64,000 bases of DNA, from assembly GCA_965215125.1 (NCBI GenBank), contig OZ244052.1:96001-160000 (forward strand), written 5' to 3'. This document shows positions 32,901-39,300 of the stretch, piece by piece; positions within the stretch are counted from its first letter, which is position 1, and every line of letters begins with the position of its first letter. Origin of the DNA: an uncultured candidatus Porisulfidus sp. (GTDB lineage: Bacteria; Pseudomonadota; Gammaproteobacteria; Poriferisulfidales; Oxydemutatoraceae). The notes beneath the pieces were generated by a model. The model saw only the letters and a list, made by a program, of their open reading frames with translations, ran no database searches and was not told the DNA's origin. Made by a program: the position numbers and the translations under genes.

Positions 32901-34031
32901 ACCGGTACCGGTGGAGGTATCGCTAAGCAACCTTAATACGCCTCTGTTCACCGCCGATGAAAAACTTAGGTTCACATAATCGTCACCGACGGTATGTTCC
33001 ACTACGATATTTATTTGTCTATTCTCCTCCCCGTCGATGTCTAGTCTGGTCACCCCGTCGCTGTCGAGTATCATGAAGTTAGACTCGGTCAGCTGTCTCG
33101 GTGTTGTCGAATCGCCGTCATCATATACGGCAACCCCTTTGGAAAACTTAAGCCGCACACCGCGACCGCGGTCGTGTCGTGCATAATCCTCCACCCAAGT
33201 CTTGCCGTCCAATCTAAAACCGCGCAAATCGTTGTCGGCAACACCGAATACCGTGCGGTTAAGCGTACTCGTAACTCCGTCTCCGGCGATCCAAACCTGA
33301 TTCTCGGCCCACAACCTATCGGAAAATGCCAAACCTGCATCGGCATTCATACTGCCGTTGTTGTCCGCATCGATGATCCGGCAACTAAAACCGATTAGGT
33401 CTTGCCACTCGTCGTTTATCGTTGCAAAAGAATCGGCGGTAGCTATTTCCGAAGTAAAACCGTCGGCAATCTCAAACAAACTCAATAGCGAAGGCGATGT
33501 GTCTACGATGACCAATCCGTAGTTCCCGTTGATGAAACCGCTACCTCTGGTATAGGTACATTGCCCTGAACCTGTTGCGGTGCCGTCGCCGTTATTATGA
33601 AAAGCCGGCGTATTAAGATTTTCACCGAATGCTACAGTGTTATATTCTATGCCTAAGCCACCGATACTGTACGGTAGTGCGCCGCCGGTCTTGCGTACCT
33701 GCACAACGAATTCAAAACGATCATCGCTCGTATCATTGGGGGTACCGTTATCGCCAATCCCTACCCGAGTCGGATCGAATCGCATATGAACCACACCATT
33801 GACATCCGGCATGCAGTCGCTGGCACTGCTGCCACCGCCGATACTACACGTTTGTGAAAAAGAACCGGAACCGGTCATGAAGCGACTTTCCGCGATGCGA
33901 TACTGCGCGTAGACATCGGCATGGACTACCAACAGTAGTGACATGCATATAGTAAATTGCATGCTCAAGCATGCAATTTTTTTTATTGTCCCCCTGAAAA
34001 CTTTGTCATATTTTTTAATTTCAGGTACCAT
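23937..34031 (-). CDS. Giant secreted repeat protein 2 (3364 aa), paralog of protein 1, C-terminal RVKLFLEGPFR
   Basis: Uninterrupted 10.1-kb ORF; ATG with AAGGAG; signal ending VYA-Q; same N-terminal domain and repeat consensus as protein 1. Confidence 0.9.
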   Translation of the reverse strand: MVPEIKKYDKVFRGTIKKIACLSMQFTICMSLLLVVHADVYAQYRIAESRFMTGSGSFSQTCSIGGGSSASDCMPDVNGVVHMRFDPTRVGIGDNGTPNDTSDDRFEFVVQVRKTGGALPYSIGGLGIEYNTVAFGENLNTPAFHNNGDGTATGSGQCTYTRGSGFINGNYGLVIVDTSPSLLSLFEIADGFTSEIATADSFATINDEWQDLIGFSCRIIDADNNGSMNADAGLAFSDRLWAENQVWIAGDGVTSTLNRTVFGVADNDLRGFRLDGKTWVEDYARHDRGRGVRLKFSKGVAVYDDGDSTTPRQLTESNFMILDSDGVTRLDIDGEENRQINIVVEHTVGDDYVNLSFSSAVNRGVLRLLSDTSTGTGIVRDTDDVELANGNFAAALVHDADAPYATGIERTDYTYDSDTEIGMSTWELSFNKPLNPATVIKENFCLTAENGNCESSSLSASIVSVSLNTTHRTTLNIVINEGRIKRAPPPLSLEFKRNAVLGADLKIIEDYQTALRNKIELTDSIPPVITLTKIGDAMPDIDNPRRYTGQFSVTADEAGIDGIDDASLYKILRKPIGSDEFVEISSTLTLISRNPITLQYEVELASLDVVRQTEGFTLARGDNVRHLVDDDNNTPVNTIGTTIGTGEPIDPGVISARSITDAPTFTVRAIDLQIDVDPRPSFVSIYEYEAVPDLITPNSYGMEFAVRANREVLGIADSSSYRVIAKPIDENLPVSASSITHVILRTSETELSRNGDATTLTYTVTLDSVETVRRIRGFTLARGTNANFVDIYGNAPAVDIGDELDTAAEAIARRDTQAPTISLSIDPNFKPTITTSNNRGIVNGYGIWFRLEADELLDNTVIRPQSWRLLRKLAGGGYAIVPNPNEFSITGEASSYTVFTNIRLSEAEARETVGFTLGNNGGVRDLAYNIPITIGADRLFDDSDEALVETNRTHPSIGVVAQGVMPDENDPLVYRGTFEVTANTTVDDGLSGSNGILGLGDDASYWLWHIPSDGSAPSTRTARIAVDAVSDASATISFSTRFERSDEVMETMGFTLARRDNLLDFVSNYPVDPVNTEDEIERGERLDSRDEAVAVRDTESPSYTVAREGDLEIAVSGYTMAFRVAAPSDVPATQFSDLRQSGSYSLLRKLQGRDTYEPMSGRLAEEITVVTTRTVIVRYTDISRLSIDEALNTEGFTLGRSADDRLRDLASNDPVVSIGGTTPTEVTTTPPLPLDANAQALFAIERESPSLTVVPNGAIIKSGTAYRGSFNVTAGEGIEGIESSDSYVLLRAPQRTNSEDPPGTPVVVLAGAQIDIGSVDLTTLQSATISFNVNDPDVDAATTQVYTLGRIDSLTDLVGNPLVDPVTSEAVTINSRIDSRATAEATIPATDTGAPIITVDADGNAVADVGNPLVYRGTFTVTANEDVLGIGYADSYNLLRIARDGEHTITTMTVIQVNEATTADVLGSTATVMFSTTLTVVSLEQTYGFTLGRRDNLKNSSNISAVVDAERRDRLDISGDAVALVDRPLQITAEAITDINHYLSRLIPFNQPDGPKAYPKVNDANDTDVNGNRYSMLFEVRSLNGTAIPGIGSTSSYVLLHVPTDDNEVINLADYIVANSVEMVSFDQTRARVRYTVEFGADTADAAVSLTQRTAGFVLGRATGKLQDDAQPLDSDGNPIADNARINPNPAAIAARDTQSPTVVVDGNLVVGQNGFRVNFNARTESGESLKPQWQQFESHNIFRKLNTGAYSSIARVNTFLSLITLISNNLSVGTSSPFRLSENETRDTVGFTLGYSGASTLRDLSNNDVYQGGTTTQTITTDQPFDIRDDAVTFRDTNPPFIEVTGGLAGDVLDGAQLVFTMTAKTLVDDKEVDALVHGLGTRSALDGSTNLQGPYQLLRILEDGSFEPHNEFSRSIIIESISTTQARITYQDVNLTIAEEQETFGFALGRRAHDANNPNDCPLCDYSGNAPVAVGTTKTVANNEPLDPRESAEIRVSDKMSPTITLRARGEARPDERNPYIYTGQFDVRSSEFIINNIDGGGRLHEPTSYILLRVPLEEDGSAGVPVAIDGIGGTTATLSALPAADYQIHNPNANPFVYLAISRSFRSRELMVTVDFGVELAPEVARQTYGFILGRAPIINASRDDCILCDILSNPPRNPNGDVIAYGDPLNTTVTAIVRRDIVSPHFTVTPIDSLDIRPDGYTMKFRVDPPADVSSTTASEARRSSSYRLLRKLGDNSYLPVSASQQAISAGGNIELSYTVPPLSIEQISETESFTLGLAIAGRLRDNSGNDPVMSVGGAPVTVDPPSPLDDSVIAHLAVERTSPAITVTANSLSKNGNNYIGSFDVTALEGIDGIESSTSYVLLRVLSGEQDVVLSDASISVGSADFNNLRSATIQFNVEDSVATNAHSFTLGRKAGLTDLAGNPPVDFADTGNPIDINERIDSRTSAASAVPNVDTDNPIITVEAIGKATPRVNDRLVYEGGFDVSSDKSVTGLDDQASYKLLRLTTDGATTEVAVTITVNSVSELQVSVAFATTLTALAEVNETIGFTLGRRANLTDASNNPPQLGSEGRLDVSADAIAEVDKLLQITAEAVIDESADIFNQAPFYSGVPDPKAYPEANLSTGFLNGNQYSMIFEVRSLNGEVVPDIASTSSYVLLHVPTTEDNAIDLSEYITAHTVETITTDTHVRVKYTVSFGAADDEEATVNLTQRTAGFVLGRAAGKLENDALPLNGEGDSIEDGMRINPQSSAIAARNTVMPEIEVYPDPTEAFAGVNGFNMSFNLVMQNGVFSIRDIGLLRSLNTNPVSYSEPTEVNYNPLYPIGEDLDVMISSLRLSENEARETVGFTVGYNGSSVLFRGPSNNNVLRQDTEDIGSTIAQGQPLNIIPTALVTIADKNPPFIEVTASPVNVVTVRSDTIAYDITFDVAAKQWDGGLKVDATDVRGLDSATSYQLLRVLEDGGLVAVQNVQNSSATSVSTTRATVYFGNVQVPVSEIENITGFTLTRALSDPDDPNGCPLCDYASNAPFVAGTTETIVGTLTTPTDGFKPLDRGDAAVATIDMADAVSAPTLMVTASEATPNPDNGDEYTMNFVVQSDQPISGNLGILTSYRLVHKPTTGTALVLNNFIRASSLIINDDNDEATLGYTIRFNNTERQTQRTAGFALAANEGLSDMLGNLAMNRQGEAIGMGAEIDTTSTAIARRDTVPPAIIVTADGGAIRDDINTNRYRMRFTVTVAGGEQVRGIDNSDSYTLLQILETGSPQLIVSTATLTPIDSGVTIAYDNIEISENSLNPTLGFTLGRAGTGLRDLANNDPVDANPENSMEIIDDNREQLDSRLDAIAGLVRGMLLRVKLFLEGPFR
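30212..32040. repeat. ~1.83-kb near-identical segment shared with giant gene 1 (copy 2)
   Basis: Matches 19602-21430. Confidence 0.95.
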
Positions 34032-34070
34032 TCGGTTACTCCTTTGGGAATTACGATTAAATTACTGCCG

Positions 34071-34098
34071 ATTATAGCACTTTTTAAGGAGTATGAAA
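34071..34098 (-). promoter_or_regulatory. Putative sigma70 promoter for giant gene 2 (extended -10)
   Basis: Minus strand reads TTTCAT-N16-TATAAT with TGc directly before TATAAT, ~40 bp upstream of the ATG. Confidence 0.5.
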
Positions 34099-34131
34099 GC
34101 CTAATTACAACTAAAAAAATATGGACAAACC

Positions 34132-34172
34132 ATTACCTCTGTGGAGGGATGGCAGAGGTAGCCGAGGTGGTT
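34132..34172 (-). repeat. Degenerate inverted copy of the 36291-36338 palindromic element
   Basis: att-acctc-tgtggaggg-a-tggca...gtggtt aligns with the reverse complement of 36291-36338. Confidence 0.55.
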
Positions 34173-34276
34173 TGCGTGTGCCTTGTATTAACGCACAATA
34201 TCGTTCAAGCACCTTGCGTTTTAGGAGTGCAGCTAAGCCTTCCCTAAAGTACCGTTCTGCACGAATAGAACCGCTA

Positions 34277-34295
34277 ATTGAGCCGATGGCTCAAT
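34277..34295 (-). terminator. Hairpin just after the mtdB stop
   Basis: ATTGAGCC-gat-GGCTCAAT perfect 8-bp stem; no strong U-tract. Confidence 0.45.
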
Positions 34296-34302
34296 CGGCA
34301 AT

Positions 34303-35208
34303 TCAATTTTCTTCAATATAGCGTTGAGCCGATTCGCATGCGTGTTCGTAGTGTAGATAGACCGGCTTGTCCAATTCACACATTTGTTTTAGCAAGCGGT
34401 GCTGAGCCTGATATTTGATATTGCCGATTGCCAATGCGCCGATTCCCACCGCACCCGACTCGGAACCTTGCAAAGGATCGCCGTCGTGCATGACATCGAG
34501 ACTATGAATACCCGAGGGCGGTACCGCATTGACATCGGCGGCAACTCTAAGCGCGCTTGCCGATGCTATTTCGTCGGCATCCATCATCTGTATGCCGGCA
34601 GCCGCAGTCGCCAGTATCACCTCGGTCTTATCCAGTAAAGCCGCTTTCTCGTCGTTGCCCGCCGCATGCAGTTGCCCGGCATTTTGCTTGCATAGCTTGC
34701 GGCAATTTTCGACGATGCCCTCGGCTTTGGAACGTTGGCGGCTCATCAGCGTTACTTCGGCACCTAATTCGGTTGCCAATATCGCTGCAACCATGCCGAC
34801 CGGGCCGGTACCACCCAGCACCATCGCACGACACCCTTGCCAATCGCTTCGGTGTATGCGCTTGAGTTTATCTCCGACCGCAACGATCATGCCGGCAGCG
34901 GTAGTAAATGCACCGCTGGGGTCCGCCATCGCCGAGACTTCAAAGGGCGGCACCATCGCTTTGTGCGCCGATTCCAGCATCTGTAATGCAAGCGTCATAT
35001 CACGCCCGCCTATAAAAAGACCGGTACGTTTGACACCCGACGGCCCTCTTGAAAAAATTGCATCTTGCACGAGTGCCTGCACATCCGAAAGTTCTAAATG
35101 AGTGTATGGAATTACTACATCCCACCCCGCATCCATAGCCATATTGACATCAAAAGGGCTTAGATTCGGGGCCGAAGTTAGCATGTGTAATATATAAGGC
35201 TTTTCCAT
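34303..35208 (-). CDS. mtdB: NAD(P)-dependent methylene-H4MPT dehydrogenase
   Basis: ILHML...SPFDVNMAMDAG, QDAIFSR, FIGG, ADPSGAFTT, GGTGPVG Rossmann motif, DVNAVPPSG, GALAIGNIKY. Confidence 0.93.
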   Translation of the reverse strand: MEKPYILHMLTSAPNLSPFDVNMAMDAGWDVVIPYTHLELSDVQALVQDAIFSRGPSGVKRTGLFIGGRDMTLALQMLESAHKAMVPPFEVSAMADPSGAFTTAAGMIVAVGDKLKRIHRSDWQGCRAMVLGGTGPVGMVAAILATELGAEVTLMSRQRSKAEGIVENCRKLCKQNAGQLHAAGNDEKAALLDKTEVILATAAAGIQMMDADEIASASALRVAADVNAVPPSGIHSLDVMHDGDPLQGSESGAVGIGALAIGNIKYQAQHRLLKQMCELDKPVYLHYEHACESAQRYIEEN

Positions 35209-35229
35209 TGTTATTCCTATAGTTTGTTG

Positions 35230-36222
35230 TTAATCTAAAACGACCACGGCACCTTGATTGTTTCCCTTGACGATAAGAAAATCTATTTCCTCGGCATCTT
35301 TAGGGACTTCGGTTTCGGTGTCGTGGGATCGCACATAATCTTCTAATCCGGCTTTTAAGGCTTCCGCCTGCGCTTGATTTTCCGTTATTGCAAAGACAGT
35401 CGGCCCCCACGAAGTTTGGCCTATCCCTTTTATACCTTGTTTGTCCAAATATTCCAATAGTTTTACAGAATTAAAACGCAATATTTTTTGTTCTTGCACC
35501 GACGAAAAATAATCTTTCATTGTTGATTGTAGTTTGTACACCGCTTGGGCGAAACTCGCAAAGTCCCGCTCCACGACTGCCGGCATCAATTTCATAAGCA
35601 CCGTACGGCTCAAAGCAGCGGCGCACGATTTAGAAAATTGCGGCAATCGCTCAAATGCGCGACGCTCACCCGCACCGTGCAAACCATCCTGCCCCTTGGT
35701 CGTAATCAATAAAATGCGCCACGCACTAGGAAAAGGATGGTGGAAAATCAAAGTCGGCAATTTATCATCCTTAACGCCGGCATCGACCAACACACCCCCG
35801 CGATCAAAAGCATAAATTCCTATACCCGAACGTCGACCGCGCGCCAAACAATATGCGATTTCATTATGAGTCAATGTCAAACCATGTAAGCTCGCCAAAC
35901 CTTGCCCTATCGCCAACGCTGTTTGGGTTCCCGAACCGAGTCCTTGATGCGCAGGAATGGTTTGCTTTATACGGATATTGCAACGGCTCTCAACCTCGTA
36001 ATGCTTATCAAAGACTTCCACCAGTCGGATGATGCGCGCATTGTCGGCACCGTCTACATCGAGTGCTCCGGCAGGCACAATCTCAAGATCTAATCTCGGC
36101 GCATCCAATGCGATGCCGACACTTCCGAACTTACGTCCGACACCGCCATGCAGATCTATAAACCCCAGATGCAATCTCGCCGGCGTGCTGATCTTGATTT
36201 TTGCGATAGAAGAATCAGGCAT
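35230..36222 (-). CDS. mptG: beta-RFAP synthase (GHMP superfamily), methanopterin biosynthesis
   Basis: PARLHLGFIDL, IPAHQGLGSGTQ, RGRRSGIG, GGVLVDAG, GQTSWGPT, NNQGA. Confidence 0.92.
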   Translation of the reverse strand: MPDSSIAKIKISTPARLHLGFIDLHGGVGRKFGSVGIALDAPRLDLEIVPAGALDVDGADNARIIRLVEVFDKHYEVESRCNIRIKQTIPAHQGLGSGTQTALAIGQGLASLHGLTLTHNEIAYCLARGRRSGIGIYAFDRGGVLVDAGVKDDKLPTLIFHHPFPSAWRILLITTKGQDGLHGAGERRAFERLPQFSKSCAAALSRTVLMKLMPAVVERDFASFAQAVYKLQSTMKDYFSSVQEQKILRFNSVKLLEYLDKQGIKGIGQTSWGPTVFAITENQAQAEALKAGLEDYVRSHDTETEVPKDAEEIDFLIVKGNNQGAVVVLD

Positions 36223-36290
36223 GATATAAAACTATAGAACTACTATTATATATGAGATGGTTTGCATGAATGGATTAATTCAGATATTGT

Positions 36291-36338
36291 AACCACCCCG
36301 TCAAGCTCCGCTTGCCACCCCTCCACAGGAGGGGAATT
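36291..36338 (+). repeat. Double-hairpin REP-like extragenic element
   Basis: aaccaccccgt-CAAGC-tcc-GCTTG-cca-CCCCTCC-aca-GGAGGGG-aatt, 19 bp past the giant gene 3 stop. Confidence 0.7.
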
Positions 36339-36357
36339 AACCGGCACTATACTCGTG

Positions 36358-39300
36358 CTACTGCAGAGGACCTTCCAAGAATACCTTGACGCGGATGCGT
36401 AATGCGGATCCTTGTATGTGTACAATATAATTTGCTTCGGTATAGCCGTCTTCGGTGTTGTCGGCACGTCTCACTACGATGACAATTCGGGCACTTCCTC
36501 CCGTCAACGGGATGCTATCGGAAATAGCAATACGATCTGCACCGGCGACTAGGGTCACCGGATTATCGTCTTTGACATAGTTATTTGCACGATCATCGCC
36601 TAACCAGACACTTTGAATACCGAGACCGGTAGTGGTTGCCGATGCCGAGATTACGGTTTCGTCAACCGCATCCGAAACTTCGCCGATGTACAGGGTTCCG
36701 GAATCGTCGTCGGGATCTGTCTCAAGGGTAATATTGCTCATTGCGAGAGCAAACCCTAAGGTCGTTCTATCCATTGCCGAGGCACGCGATACGGTCACGG
36801 TATAAGTTGCCATCGGCACTTCGGTATCCTGTGCGGTCACTACGATAGTGAATACTTTATTCATTCCTTCGCCAATCGTAATCGGTAGATCCACCCGATT
36901 ATTAGCGGGACTCGGGGCATTGCTCCCCTCTCTAATTGTCAGCGTTGCATGCACATTATCGGCAACCGCAGTTAGGGTTGTATTCGCTATATCATTAGGC
37001 AGTTCTACAGAATAGCGGGTTGGTTGATTAGCCACCGCAGGATCGAAACTAAATCCCGCCACCGCTTCGGACAACACTTCCAGCATACTCAACCGCGTAT
37101 CTCGGCTCGGTTGCCGCATAATCGTCACCGTATAGGTCTTGCTCGTCTCGTTGTCCTGGGCAAGCACTTTGATTTTGACTTCCTTCGTTTCGCCTTCGTC
37201 TACGGAAATAGTATCGTTTATGCTACGCGTACCCAACGATACGCCGTCTACCGCAAGACCGTCTATGGTATAGCTTATAATCGTCGCACTACTATGCTCC
37301 ACTTGCGCTTCCAAACGAAGCTCGGTTATTTTGTCGCCGACTATCGGATTAGCAATGCGATACACATAACTCGTGCTTGTTGCCAGATTGTCGAAGCTCG
37401 TCGCCATACCGCCGTCCGGTAATACCCTCAAAACATCCAAGTTGGCATTACTACTTATTTCACGGGTCGCACGCACCACATAGGTATTTGTTGCCACATT
37501 CGGTGCCGTCAGTACTATACTAATGACTTTAGTCTGTCTCACATCGAATGGAATTGAAACACCGCCGTCATCGGCTTGTGCTAGTTCTACATCTCCCTCG
37601 AATATCGTATACACAGTCTCTTCGTCTTCCGAAGGTAGCATAGGTATGACGGTGAGCGTCGAACTATCGTTTGCAACCGTCACCGTATAGTTCCGCACAA
37701 AAGGATTAAATTCGTACGGACTGTCGGCTTTAAGCCCGATCAATTCCAAAGCCTCTAAAATTATTACATCACCTATGTCGACGATATAGCTTGCTTCGGT
37801 ATAGCCGTCTTCGGTGTTGTCGGTGCGTCTTAGTACGAGGACGATCCGAATTTGTCCTTCGGGCAATGAAACGGTATCGGAAACAGATGCTAAATTCTCA
37901 TCCAAGGTTTGAGCCGTTCCATCCTTGATACGCTCCTCGCCGTTCACTAGGACGCTTCGGATACTGACGCCGGTAACAGTTGCCGATGCCGAGATTACGG
38001 TTTCGTCAACCGCATCCGAAACTTCGCCGATATAGACAGTTCCGGAATCGTCGTCGGGATCTGTCTCAAGGGTAATATTGCTCATTGCGAGAGCAAACCC
38101 TAAGGTCGTTCTATCCATTGCCGAGGCACGCGATACGGTCACGGTATAAGTTGCCATCGGCACCTCGGTATCCTGTGCGGTCACCACGATAGTGAATACT
38201 TTATTCATTCCTTCGCCAATCGTAATCGGTAGATCCACCCGACGATTAGCGGGACTCGGGGCATTGCTCCCCTCTCTAATTGTCAGCGTTGCATACACAT
38301 TATCGGCAACCGCAGTTAGGGTTGTATTCGCTATATCACTAGGCAGTTCTACAGAATAGCGGGTTGGTTGATTAGCCACCGCAGGATCGAAACTAAATCC
38401 CGCCACCGCTTCGGACAACACTTCCAGCATACTCAACCGCGTATCTCGGCTCGGTTGCCGCATGATCGTCACCGTATAGGTCTTGCTCGTCTCGTTGTCC
38501 TGGGCAAGCACTTTGATTTTGACTTCCTTCGTTTCGCCTTCGTCTACGGAAATAGTATCGTTTATGCTACGCGTACCCAACGATACGCCGTCTACCGCAA
38601 GACCGTCTATGGTATAGCTTATAATCGTCGCACTACTATGCTCCACTTGCGCTTCCAAACGAAGCTCGGTTATTTTGTCGCCGACTATCGGATTAGCAAT
38701 GCGATACACATAACTCGTGCTTGTTGCCAGATTGTCGAAGCTCGTCGCCATACCGCCGTCCGGCAATACCCTCAAAACACCCAAGTTGGCATTGCTACTT
38801 ATTTCACGGGTCGCACGCACCACATAGGTATTTGTTGCCACATTCGGTGCCGTCAATACTATACTAATGACTTTAGTCTGTCTCACATCGAATGGAATTG
38901 AAACACCGCCGTCATCGGCTTGTGCTAGTTCTACATCTCCCTCGAATATCGTATACACAGTCTCTTCGTCTTCCGAAGGTAGCATAGGTATGACGGTGAG
39001 CGTCGAACTATCGTTTGCAACCGTCACCGTATAGTTCCGCACAAAAGGATTAAATTCGTACGGACTGTCGGCTTTAAGCCCGATCAATTCCAAAGCCTCT
39101 AAAATTATTACATCACCTATGTCGACGATATAGCTTGCTTCGGTATAGCCGTCTTCGGTGTTGTCGGTGCGTCTTAGTACGAGGACGATCCGAATTTGTC
39201 CTTCGGGCAATGAAACGGTATCGGAAACAGGTGCTAAATTCTCATCCAAGGTTTGAGCCGTTCCATCCCTGATACGCTCCTCGCCGTTCACTAGGACGCT

